Below, in pieces: positions 1-10,269 of a stretch of DNA of 64,000 bases (within the stretch, counting starts at the first letter, position 1; each line of letters opens with the position of its first letter). Made by a program: the position numbers and the translations under genes. This DNA is from an uncultured Chloroflexia bacterium (GTDB lineage: Bacteria; Chloroflexota; Limnocylindria; Limnocylindrales; CSP1-4). The stretch spans positions 332,734-396,733 of the forward strand of contig CAWEWE010000004.1 in assembly GCA_963812745.1 (NCBI GenBank), written 5' to 3'. The notes beneath the pieces were generated by a model. The model did not search any database. It saw only the letters and a program-made list of their open reading frames with translations, and was not told the DNA's origin.

Positions 1-61
1 GGGGCGGTTGAGCGTCAATCGCACGCCCCAATCGGTCGGCGTCGTGAGGAGCAGGGGCTCG

Positions 62-2287
62 TCAGCCATGGGGAACCTGCGGCGCGGGCGAAGCGAGGAC
101 CACGAGGGCATCGACCGCCACGGCGCCTTCGGCCGAGGCGATCACCGGGTTGAGGTCGACCTCGATGAGGTCCGGCCGCTCGATCCCGAGGCTCGACAGC
201 GCGACGACCAGCTCGGCGACCGCATCGCGGTCGATGGCCGCACGACCGCGGGTGCCGGCCAGCAGACGGGCCGCCCGAAGCTCGTCGAGCATCGACTGGG
301 CGATCGGGAGGGTCACCGGGGCGAGCCGGATCGCGACGTCGTCGAGGACCTCGGCAAGGACGCCGCCGAGCCCGACCACGACACACGGCCCGAACGACGG
401 GTCACGCCGCAGGCCGACGATGAGCTCGAGTCCGTCGTCGGCCATCGGCTCGACGAGGAGACCACGGGCATCGATCCCGTGCTGGCGCGCGGCGCGGAGC
501 AGCTCGTCGGCAGCCGCCCGGATGGCGTCGTCGCCCTGGAGCCCGAGCCTGACCAGTCCGAGATCGCTCTTATGCGGCAGGTCGACTGCGTCGATCTTCA
601 GGACCACCGCGTGACCGCCGAGCGGCCGCGCGGCCTCGACCGCAGCCTCCGCGTCGGGGACCGCGACGGCAGGCGTGACCGACAGCCCGGCAGCCCGCAG
701 CATGTCGAGGCTCTCGCGTTCGGGCAGGGCACGGAGCCCGGTGGGCACGGTCACCGCGGTCTCGTCGAGACCGTAGGCCGTGCGATCGCGCGCCAGCGGC
801 GACCAGGCGGCTCGCCATGGCCCGGATGCGACCCGGGCCCCTCGGCGTCGCTCCCAGCGAGCGACCGCGCCGATCGCATGGACGGCCTCGCGCGCCCCGC
901 GCAGCAGCGGCGCCCCGCCACCCTGCTCGTCGAGCACCGCCTTGGTCTCGGGCGGCGGCTCGCCGGACGTGAGCGACACGTAGACCGGCAGCAGCCATGG
1001 CCGCTCGCGCGTCGCGTCGAGCAGGGCGCGGGTCACCTCGTCCGCCGTGGCGACCTCCGCCGCCATCGAGCGATACGGGAAGTCGTGCACCTGGACGAGC
1101 ACGTCGTACGCGCCGGAGACCGCCATCGCCTCGAAGACCGCCCCGTACGCGGTGGTCGCGTCCGCCGCTCCCCAGGGATCGAGCGGGTTGCCGATGAAGC
1201 CCATCGTCGGGAGCGCCTCGAGGATGCTCGTTCGGGCGTCATCGGGGATGGGCGGCAGGTCGAGCCCGGCCGCCGGCGCGAGGTCGGCGATGAGCGATGC
1301 CTCGCCCGTGCTGACCGTCACGACACCGGTCCGGCCACGCCCGATGCCACGTCCCGTCCGGCGGATGCCCTCGACGAGCTCGGCCGTCTCCAGCAGCTCG
1401 TCGAGGTCCGCGCACTGGATCACGCCGGCCGCGTCGAGGGCGGCGTCGGTGACCCGGGCCTCGCCGGCGAGCGATCCGGAGTGGGCGATCGCGGCGGCGC
1501 GGGCATGCTCGCTCCGACCGACCTTGACGGCCATGATCGGCTTGCCCAGCTCCAGCGCGCGATCGGCGAGCGCGAGGAACCGCTCCGGCCGGCGAAACCC
1601 CTCGAGGAACAGGATGACCGAGGTCGTCTCGGGATCATCGAGGCAATACGCGAGGTAGTCGCAGACGTCGAGGACGACCTCCGAGCCGCAGCTGATGATC
1701 CGGCTGAAGCCGACCCGAGATCCCGACTGCACGAACGCATCGGTGACCGACCCCGACTGGGCGATCCCGGCGACCCCGCCGCGTGGCAGGTACGGGGAGA
1801 CATCGCCGATGTACGTGGCTGCGTTGACGGTGAGGTCGATGACGCCCATGCAATTCGGGCCGACCAACGCCATGCCGTGCCGGCGGGCGATGGCCGCCAC
1901 CTCGGCCTGCATGGCTGCCGCGGCCGCGCCCCCTTCGACGACCCCGCCACCCGGGATGACGACGGCGGGGATCCCGGCATCGGCCGCGGCCTGGGTGACG
2001 ACCGCCGCGCGCAGCGGGTTGAGCGCCACGAGGGCGATGTCCGGTCGCTCCGGCAGCGCGTCCAGCGACGGGTAGCAGGGCTGGCCGAGCAGCTCGTCGT
2101 ACTTGGGATTGACGAAGTGGCAGCGCGTCGCGCTGTCCATCAGCCGCAGATTGTCGCGGACCGTCTCCGCGATCCAGCTGCGCGCGGACGCGCCGACGAC
2201 GGCGATCGACGTCGGCTGGAAGACGGGCCGCAGGTCGATCGCTCGGCTACCCGCGGCTTCGGTCGGGACGGCCACGGGGTCGATCAT
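62..2287 (-). CDS. ADP-forming acetyl-CoA synthetase / NDP-forming acyl-CoA synthetase, fused alpha-beta (CoA-binding + ATP-grasp), about 741 aa
   Basis: Long ORF 62..2746. The functional part starts at MIDPVAV (ATG 2285-2287, overlapping the ACAD stop as ATGA). CoA-binding motif SIAVVGASARS. The C-terminal ATP-grasp region ends ...DLNPVIASAEG. The upstream Arg-rich extension is a frame artefact. Confidence 0.75.
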   Translation of the reverse strand: MIDPVAVPTEAAGSRAIDLRPVFQPTSIAVVGASARSWIAETVRDNLRLMDSATRCHFVNPKYDELLGQPCYPSLDALPERPDIALVALNPLRAAVVTQAAADAGIPAVVIPGGGVVEGGAAAAAMQAEVAAIARRHGMALVGPNCMGVIDLTVNAATYIGDVSPYLPRGGVAGIAQSGSVTDAFVQSGSRVGFSRIISCGSEVVLDVCDYLAYCLDDPETTSVILFLEGFRRPERFLALADRALELGKPIMAVKVGRSEHARAAAIAHSGSLAGEARVTDAALDAAGVIQCADLDELLETAELVEGIRRTGRGIGRGRTGVVTVSTGEASLIADLAPAAGLDLPPIPDDARTSILEALPTMGFIGNPLDPWGAADATTAYGAVFEAMAVSGAYDVLVQVHDFPYRSMAAEVATADEVTRALLDATRERPWLLPVYVSLTSGEPPPETKAVLDEQGGGAPLLRGAREAVHAIGAVARWERRRGARVASGPWRAAWSPLARDRTAYGLDETAVTVPTGLRALPERESLDMLRAAGLSVTPAVAVPDAEAAVEAARPLGGHAVVLKIDAVDLPHKSDLGLVRLGLQGDDAIRAAADELLRAARQHGIDARGLLVEPMADDGLELIVGLRRDPSFGPCVVVGLGGVLAEVLDDVAIRLAPVTLPIAQSMLDELRAARLLAGTRGRAAIDRDAVAELVVALSSLGIERPDLIEVDLNPVIASAEGAVAVDALVVLASPAPQVPHG

Positions 2288-3462
2288 CCGACGACGCGGT
2301 CGACGCCGCGCTTCTCCAACGCCCGGGCGATGATCAGCCGCTGGATCTCGGACGTGCCCTCCCAGATCCGGTCGACCCTGAGCTCGCGGAAGAACCGCTC
2401 GGCGGCCGTCTCGCGCATGTAGCCGCGACCGCCGAACACCTGCACGACGCGGTCGGCGCAACGGAACGCCGCTTCCGACGCGAACAGCTTGGCGAGCGAC
2501 GCCTTGGCGTGGACGACCTTCGGGTCGGCGCCCTCGTCGGCGAGGACAGCGGCCTCGCGCGTCAGCAGCCGGGCGGCCGACGCGTCGGCGGCAGAGTCGG
2601 CCAGCGGGAAGGACACGCCCTGGAAATCGAAGATGCGCTCGCCGAACTGGACCCGCTCGACCGCCCAGTCGACGGCCTCGGTCAGCAGCCGCTCCATCGC
2701 GCCGGTGCAGCGGGCGCCGATGTGGATCCGCTCCTCGACGAACCACTCGTTGGTGAGCTCATCGGCCTGGCCGACACCACCGAGGACCGCGGAGGCATGG
2801 ACCCGGACCCCGTCGAGCACGAACTGCGGATGGCGGTCCGCGAAGGTGTGCATGTAGTCGGGATCGTGCTTGAGGGTCACGCCCGGCGTGTCGTAGTCGA
2901 CCAGGAACAGCGTCGGCCGGCGGTCGTCGCCGTCGATGACGACGCAATGGAAGATCATGAAGTCGGTCTCGTCGGGCGGGCCGGTCACGAACCACTTCTC
3001 GCCGTCGAGGACGTACTCGCCGGTGTCGGCATCGCGCACGGCGGTCGCCTCGAGTGCCCGGGCGTCGGAGCCGGCGCCCGGCTCGGTGACCGCGTAGGCG
3101 CCGAACCGCTCGCCACGGAGGCTCGGCTCGAGATATCGCCGGCGCTGGTCGTCGTCGCAGTGCAGCAGGGCGTTGTAGGCGCCCGGGATGTACGACCAGA
3201 GGCCGCCGGTCGACTGACCGAGCTGCTCGTGGACGAGGACCTGCTCGAGCATCGACCAGCCCTGGCCGCCGACCTCGACCGGCAGCGACCCGCCGACGAG
3301 CCCGGCCTCGATCGATGCGTCGCGGATGGCCGCGCGCTGCTCCGCAGGGATCCGACCGCCCGCGCGCTCGAACTCGACCTCGACCGGCTGGAGGACGTCG
3401 CGTGTGAATCGACGCGCGCGCTCCTGGAGCTTGAGCTGGTCCGGGCTCAGCGTCAGGTCCAC
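2284..3462 (-). CDS. acyl-CoA dehydrogenase
   Basis: C-terminal ACAD motifs (RIWEGTSEIQRLIIARAL, YAVTEPGAGSD). A GTG start (VDLTLSPDQLKLQERARRF) lies at 3460-3462, with an alternative GTG at 3480. The track ORF 2284..4773 fuses it artefactually with the upstream surface-protein frame. Confidence 0.8.
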   Translation of the reverse strand: MDLTLSPDQLKLQERARRFTRDVLQPVEVEFERAGGRIPAEQRAAIRDASIEAGLVGGSLPVEVGGQGWSMLEQVLVHEQLGQSTGGLWSYIPGAYNALLHCDDDQRRRYLEPSLRGERFGAYAVTEPGAGSDARALEATAVRDADTGEYVLDGEKWFVTGPPDETDFMIFHCVVIDGDDRRPTLFLVDYDTPGVTLKHDPDYMHTFADRHPQFVLDGVRVHASAVLGGVGQADELTNEWFVEERIHIGARCTGAMERLLTEAVDWAVERVQFGERIFDFQGVSFPLADSAADASAARLLTREAAVLADEGADPKVVHAKASLAKLFASEAAFRCADRVVQVFGGRGYMRETAAERFFRELRVDRIWEGTSEIQRLIIARALEKRGVDRVVG

Positions 3463-3530
3463 GCGCCAAGGATGGCGCACAGGATGGGCCGGCTCCGCGC
3501 GTCGTCGCAGGGCGCGGGACGGCGGACATG

Positions 3531-3561
3531 GAAGAGGGCCGGTCGGCGACCGGCCCTCTTC
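3531..3561. terminator. perfect 14-bp inverted repeat hairpin GAAGAGGGCCGGTC-ggc-GACCGGCCCTCTTC
   Basis: Seen directly in the sequence. It sits between the 3' end of the giant surface-protein gene and the ACAD start. A possible alternative adhesin stop (tca 3579-3581) lies 18 nt before it. Confidence 0.5.
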
Positions 3562-4719
3562 CTGCTCGGCTGCGCTGTTCAGCCGGCGGGGAGGATGTCC
3601 CAGAACGCCTTGTTGGCGATCGACTTGCCGAGTCTTCGGGTCGGCAGATGTGCCCGGGGTGAAGACGCCGCTGTCACCGCCTTCGTTGAAGGCGGCTGCT
3701 TGCGAGGCCGCAAGCTTGATCGCGTTCAGGTTGGTCCCGCAGAACGCGGTCTCCCACGCTGCGAATGATCCGGCGCTCGGCGACGAGCCGAATGCCGAGG
3801 CGTTGAGTTCCGCTGCGATCAGCTGCTGGAGCAGCCGCATCCGAGCTTGATCGATCGAGGAGCGCTTGACGCCCGTGCTCGTCTTGGAGATGTCGGACCA
3901 GAAGGCGCCCATCAACTTGGCCGTTCGTGTCGATGACAGGCGACCGCAAAGGGTGATGTCACCGACGGCGATCGCCACACCCGGGAAGGTGTGCCCACCA
4001 GCAGTCCCACCGAACCAGGCGGCCACGGCGAGGTCGAAGTGCGTCGCCCAGAAGCCTTGTGTCCGGGTCGTGCCGGGACCGGTGTTCTCGAAAACGCAGG
4101 TCACCGTGTCGCCGCTCTTCAAGACGATCGTTGCTGTCTGCGTCGCGAGGTTGCCGAGGCCGGTGCTGCCACCGCTACCGGTGACCGCGCAGTTCAACGG
4201 AGTATTCGGATCCGAGGAGCCCCCGATCCCAGTCAGCACCCAGCCAGCCGGCACGAGCTCGGTGGCGGTGTAGGTGCCGGCCTTCAGGACCTGGGTGTTC
4301 GAGTTGCTTCCGGCTTGACCCGTCAGGTTGAAATCGGCGTAGGCCGGGTTCGTGCCGCCGGCGGCGTCGAAGTTGAACGTCACGGCAGCGCCCGCAGGCT
4401 TGGTGATCTTCTGGATGATGATCGTGCCGCGCTTGTTATTCGTGAACGTGCAGACGATGGTCTCGCCGGCGTCCACGTCCAGGCTGGCCACTGTGGTGAC
4501 GACTGCATCGGCGTCACCGGTGCAGACGATGCTCGCGAGGTCCCAGCCTGTGGGCACGGTCTCGCTGATGGTCTTCGGCCCGAACTCGGTCGGGTCGAGC
4601 GTGTCGATGTGGCTAGACGGCACGAGCAACGAGATCGGATCCGTGTCCAAGTTCTCAGCGACCAGGCCGGTCCCGGTCACCGCGAACTCGAAGTCCTGCG
4701 GATCGCTCGCCGGGTCAGT

Positions 4720-6720
4720 CACCTTCTGGTAGGTGACGGTGGCGTGCTTGGTGTTCTCGAAGGTGCACACCACGGTCTCGCCGGCGTCGATGTCGAGGGT
4801 GGCCGTACGGTGCCGAGCTCGGTGAAGTCGGCGTCACCGGTGCAGTCGAGGGCGGTCAGCGACCAGCCGGCGACGGCCGACTCGATGACGGTATGGGCGC
4901 CGAGCTGGGCGGCGTTCAGGTTGAACGTGTCCTGGCTGGGTAGGGTGGCGTCGCCGGCGTCGGTGTCGAGGTCGAGGTCGGCCGGCACACCGGCGCCGGT
5001 CAGGTCGAAGTCGAAGTCCTGCGGATCGGAGGCCGGGTCGGTGACCTTGACCACCGTCAGGCTGGCGTGCTTGGTGTTCGTGAAGGTGCAGACCACGGTC
5101 TCGCCGGCGTCGATGTCGAGGGTGGCCGTACGGTGCCGAGCTCGGTGAAGTCGGCCCGGCACCGGTGCAGTCGAGGGCGGTCAGCGACCAGCCGGCGACG
5201 GCCGACTCGATGACGGTATGGGCGCCCGAGCTGGGCGGCGTTCAGGTTGAACGTGTCCTGGCTGGGCAGGGTGGCGTCGCCGGCGTCGGTGTCGAGGTCG
5301 AGGTCGGCCGGCACACCGGCACCGGTCAGGTCGAAGTCGAAGTCCTGCGGATCGGAGGCCGGGTCGGTGACCTTGACCACCGTCAGGCTGGCGTGCTTGG
5401 TGTTCGTGAAGGTGCAGACCACGGTCTCGCCGGCGTCGATGTCGAGGGTGGCCGTACGTGCCGAGCTCGGTGAAGTCGGCGTCACCGGTGCAGTCGAGAT
5501 CGGTCAGCGACCAGCCGGCGACGGCCGACTCGCTGACGGTATGGGCGCCCAGCTGGGCGGCGTTCAGGTTGAACGTGTCCTGGCTGGGCAGGGTGGCGTT
5601 GCCGGCGTCGGTGTCGAGGTCGAGGTCGGCCGGCACACCGGCACCGGTCAGGTCGAAGTCGAAGTCCTGCGGATCGGAGGCCGGGACGGTGTCCTTGACC
5701 ACCGTCAGGCTGGCGTGCTTGGTGTTCGTCGAAGGTGCAGACCACGGTCTCGCCGGCGTCGATGTCGAGGGTGGCCGTACTGCCGAGCTCGGTGAAGTCG
5801 GCGTCACCGGTGCAGTCGAGATCGGTCAGCGACCAGCCGGCGACGGCCGACTCGATGACGGTATGGGCGCCCAGCTGGGCGGCGTTCAGGTTGAACGTGT
5901 CCTGGCTGGGCAGGGTGGCGTTGCCGGCGTCGGTGTCGAGGTCGAGGTCGGCCGGCACACCGGCACCGGTCAGGTCGAAGTCGAAGTCCTGCGGATCGGA
6001 GGCCGGGACGGTCTCCTTGACCACCGTCAGGCTGGCGTGCTTGGTGTTCTCGAAGGTGCACACCACGGTCTCGCCGGCGTCGATGTCGAGGGTGGCCGTA
6101 CTGCCGAGCTCGGTGAAGTCGGCGTCACCGGTGCAGTCGAGATCGGTCAGCGACCAGCCGGCGACGGCCGACTCGCTGACGGTATGGGCGCCCAGCTGGG
6201 CGGCGTTCAGGTTGAACGTGTCCTGGCTGGGTAGGGTGGCGTTGCCGGCGTCGGTGTCGAGGTCGAGGTCGGCCGGCACACCGGCACCGGTCAGGTCGAA
6301 GTCGAAGTCCTGCGGATCGGAGGCCGGGACGGTCTCCTTGACCACCGTCAGGCTGGCGTGCTTGGTGTTCTCGAAGGTGCACACCACGGTCTCGCCGGCG
6401 TCGATGTCGAGGGTGGCCGTACTGCCGAGCTCGGTGAAGTCGGCGTCACCGGTGCAGTCGAGATCGGTCAGCGACCAGCCGGCGACGGCCGACTCGCTGA
6501 CGGTATGGGCGCCCAGCTGGGCGGCGTTCAGGTTGAACGTGTCCTGGCTGGGTAGGGTGGCGTTGCCGGCGTCGGTGTCGAGGTCGAGGTCGGCCGTCAC
6601 ACCGGCACCGGTCAGGTCGAAGTCGAAGTCCTGCGGATCGGAGGCCGGGACGGTCTCCTTGACCACCGTCAGGCTGGCGTGCTTGGTGTTCTCGAAGGTG
6701 CACACGATGGTGTCACCGGC
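4720..6720. repeat. six tandem copies of a 321-323 bp coding repeat (107-aa domain) inside the surface-protein gene
   Basis: The motif gatgtcgagggtggccgta recurs at about 4789, 5112, 5438, 5761, 6082 and 6403. The three upstream copies carry 1-nt indels (ggccgtacggtgccgag / ggccgtacgtgccgag versus ggccgtactgccgag in intact copies). Confidence 0.8.
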
Positions 6721-8060
6721 GGCGACCGCGAAGCTGACCCCGTTGGTGATCGGCGTCTCGGTGACGTTGGTGCAGCTGACGCTGGTCAAGCTCCAGCCGG
6801 CGGGCACGTTCTCGACGATCGTCTTGGTCCCGAGCTGGCCCGCGGTCAGCGTGATCACGGTGGTGTTGGCTGTCGTGCCGTCATCGACGAGGTCGATGTC
6901 GCCCGGCATCCCCGACCCGCTGGTGTCGAAGTCGAAGCTGGTCGAGCCTTCGGGAGTGGCCTGCTTGACGACGGTGACCGTGGCGTCCTGGACGTCGATG
7001 AAGGTGCACACGATCGTGTCACCGGCGGCGACCGCAAAGCTGACACCGTCGGTGATCGCCGTCTCGGTGACACCGGTGCAGTCGACGCCGGTCAGCGACC
7101 AGCCGCTCGGCACCGTCTCGGTGATGGTCTTGGTGCCGGCCAGCTGGGCGGCGGTCAGCGTGAACACGATGTCGTTGTCGCCGGGGCCGGCGCCGTCATC
7201 GACGAGGTCGATGTCGGGCCCGATCCCGGCGCCTGTGGCGTCGAAGTCGAAGCTGGTGGCGCCTTCGGGGGTGGCCTCCTTGACCACCGTGACCGTGGCG
7301 TCCTGGCTGTCGTTGAAGGTGCACACGATCGCGTCACCGGCGGCGACCGCGAAGCTGACCCCGTCCGTGATCGGCGTCTCGGTGACATTGGTGCAGCTGA
7401 CGCTGGTCAGTGACCAGCCGCTCGGCACCGTCTCGGTGATGGTCTTGGTGCCGGCCAGCTGGGCGGCGGTCAGCGTGAAGACGATGTCATTGTCGCCGGG
7501 GCCGGCACCGTCATCCACGAGGTCGAAGTCGGCGCTGATGCCGGTCCCGGTGCCGTCGAAGTCGAAGCTCGTGGCGCCCTCGGGGGTGGCCTCCTTGACC
7601 ACCGTGACCGTGGCGTCCTGGCTGTCGTTGAAGGTGCACACGATGGTCGCCCCGGCAACGACCGCGAAGCTGACACCATTGGTGATGGCCGTTTCGGTGA
7701 CACCGGTGCAATCGACGCTGGTCAGGCTCCATCCGGTGGGCACGTTCTCGGTGATCGTCTTGGTCCCGAGCTCCGCGGCGGTCAACGTGAACGACACGTC
7801 GTTGTCGCCCGGGCCGGCGCCGTCATCGACGAGATCGATGTCGGCGTGATTCCGGTGCCGGTGGCATCGAAGTCGAAGCTGGTGGCGCCTTCGGGAGTGG
7901 CCTGCTTGACCACCGTGACCGTGGCACCTTGCGTGTTATTGAACGTGCAAGTGATCGTCTCGCCGTTGTCGAGGTCGAGGGCGGTATTCACCTCTGTGTC
8001 ACCCAGCGAGCTCACGCACGAGACGCTGGACAGCGTCCAGCCGGCCACGGCGTTCTCGGT
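6721..8060. repeat. four to five tandem copies of a ~310 bp coding repeat (second ~100-aa domain type)
   Basis: aaggtgcacacgat recurs at about 6696, 7003, 7317, 7631 and 7935. Encoded units are ..VCTFNDSQDATVTVVKEATPEGATSFDFDATG... Confidence 0.7.
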
Positions 8061-10269
8061 GACGGAGTAGTTCCCCGGCGTCAGCGAGCCAGAGTCGTTC
8101 GACTGCCCATCAGTGAGGCCGAAGTCAGGGTTGGTCCCGGCGTCCCAGCTGGCGACGAAGTCGAACGACTGCGTCGATGCATCAGGGGTCGTCTGCTTGA
8201 TCGTGACGATGTTGCCGGCCGGCGGGATGGCATTTGCTGCCATCTGGTTGTCGCGGCCGCCGGCGAGCTGCGCCGTCGAACAACAGGAATTTGACGTGAT
8301 AGGGCGAGCCTGCGATGCCGCCTGCTCCACCGCCGGTGAGGTTCCACTCGCTCGATAGCGCAACGTGCGCACCGAACCAGAGGCACGACCGAGCAGGTCG
8401 TCGGATCGTTCCCCTTCTTGCACGCACGCGTCGGCTCATTGCCAACGGTGAAGGTGATCGTAATCACCGTCTCGCTGTCGCCGGCGTATGAGCCGCTGGT
8501 CGACGGTGCGGTCGTGCTGGTCATGTTCCCGTTCCGCATCGTGAAGTTGCGGCCGGCGGGCTGGGTGACGCTGTCTGTCGTGAAGATGGCGTGCGTATCG
8601 GGCTGTATCGGCTCTAGATCGTCGGGACCCCAGAGTCGCGCAGCCGGTGATGTCGTCGCAGAGGTCGGCGTCCGTGATCCAGTTTTCCGAAAAGTTCCAA
8701 GTGGTGAGGAAGTCGTACGCGTGATTGCGCCGCCCTTGGTAGTGCCGTACTGGAGCGTGAGCGTGTGGGTGCTACCCGGGAAGCAATCCGGTCAAGCCAG
8801 AGTCGCTGGACGGTGGCGTCGCCCTCGAAATACGTGGAGTTGTTCGCACTTGAGGTTGCCATTGATCCAGTCGCAGTCCGGTATCGCCCGCTGCATACCC
8901 ATCGCCGTCGTCGTTGGCGCACTGGTCGTACGTGCCGATCGACATGTCGGTGAACGCGGTCGTCGCCGTGCCCGAGATGGGGCCGGTAGCGACGACGTTG
9001 TAGTTGGCGACGAACCATGTCGGGAGCTCAAACATGTACGTGATGCTGGCCGGCTCGCTGAGCGACCGGTCGGGTCGCACGTGGCGGGTCCAGGAGCTGC
9101 CGAGCGTCGTCGTTGACAAAGATATGGACGACCTCCCCGGCGGCCCAGTTCGTCCCAGTGAGCGTGACCGTCTCGCCCGGCGGCATAGTCGGCCTTGTCA
9201 CTGGCGATCGTGGGTGGCCCACTCGGGACATATGTCGGGCTGGGCTCGGCGGAGGTCGCCGGCGCGAGCGGCTCGGGGCTTGTGGCAGGCTCGCCCAGTG
9301 GTTGCTGGGTCGCCTGAGGGCTCGGCGCTGGGGTCGGTGACCTCGGTCGGATCGGGCTCGGTCGCACCCGGATCGGTCGTCGCCTCGGGCGCAGGCGTGG
9401 TCTCGGGAGCTGCTGTCGGGTCTGGGGCTGCAGTCGGCTCCGCGACGGGCTCCGGCGTGGGCTCAGGGGTCGGGTCGGGGGTGGGCGCGGGTGTCGGGTC
9501 TGGGGTCGGTTCGGGTGTGGGTCGGCGTAGGCTCAGGCGTCGGATCGGGCGCGACCGCTTCGGCCGGCGCGGCCTCCGGGGGCGCTGCGGGATCGGCCGC
9601 CACGGCGGCGATCGGGATCATGACCGCCCCGATGAACACGGCGATCTGGAACACGACGAGCAGCCGGGAGCCAAGGCGGCCGGCACGGCTCCGCCGTGGA
9701 TCAGGGAACGGCAGCGCCGGCGCGTCCTCCAGGGCTCGCGCGAGATCCTTGTGGAGGATCTCCGGTGAGATGAATCGCCTGGTCCGCCGCGCGCGCTCGT
9801 TCATGATCTAAACCTCCCCAACCCTGCCCGGAACACACGAATGCCACCGTGCCGACGGCACGGTGGCGTCATCTAGCTGTTCCATCCTCGCGGGCACCGG
9901 ACAGCCCCGGCACCCGGCATCCCCTCCGAACCAGTCGCCCAGCAGCAATAGCTGCCTCCCCACTTTTGCCACTAGCGAGGTGACGGATCACGGACCTTGA
10001 CTGGGTGGTCCCGTGAAGGGCATCGCGCTATGGACCTGCGACCGGGCGCGCCCCCCGGCGCTGCGACCTGCTCGCATGGGTGGTGTACCAGCGCACCACC
10101 CGGTACGTCAATACCAGGACCGTGAACTATCCGCCTAGCGTGCAGGTTTGTCGCGAGGTTGACACTCCTGACGCGACGGAGCCGCGAAGTCCGGTATCGT
10201 CGGCGCGGCCCCGGGGGGACGGTCGTCCATCGAACCGGCGGGCTGCCAACGCGGCGTAGCGGAGGGAGT

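Larger units (their letters stand above)
3579..9804 (-). pseudogene. giant membrane-anchored repeat surface protein (about 2,070 aa if intact), interrupted by at least 8 frameshifts; the 3' boundary is uncertain
   Basis: N-terminus (ORF 9463..9804) has a short cytoplasmic segment, a TM helix LLVVFQIAVFIGAVMIPIAAVAA and a Pro/Thr/Glu-rich linker (PEPTPTP...). A non-repeat domain follows, then tandem Cys-containing beta-sandwich repeats (..GETVVCTFENTKHASLTVVKETVPASDPQDFDFDLTGAG.. and ..TVVKEATPEGATSFDFD..CT.VTET..). A distinct C-terminal domain (GFWATHFDLAVAAWFGG...) follows. The frame is broken near 4808, 5128, 5150, 5448, 5705, 7850 and 8400-9400. Confidence 0.6.

Noticed and set aside
8-2422. 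804-aa plus-strand ORF
   Set aside because: This is an antisense shadow of the acetyl-CoA synthetase gene. The translation is Arg/Asp/Gly-rich low-complexity, typical of spurious ORFs in 70% GC DNA.
2284-4773. 829-aa ORF read as a single protein
   Set aside because: It is a fusion artefact: the acyl-CoA dehydrogenase (2284-3462) and the surface-protein C-terminal domain are in the same frame with no intervening stop, but they are separated by a perfect terminator hairpin (3531-3561), and ACAD has its own start codon.
5735-7849. 704-aa plus-strand ORF with repeating Ser/Val/Ala-rich units
   Set aside because: It is the opposite strand of the adhesin tandem repeats. Its periodicity mirrors the minus-strand repeats and it has no start or RBS context.
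9004-9768. 254-aa plus-strand Gly/Ser/Val-rich ORF
   Set aside because: It is the complement of the Pro/Thr/Glu-rich linker of the adhesin N-terminus. The adhesin frame has the TM anchor and a start codon.
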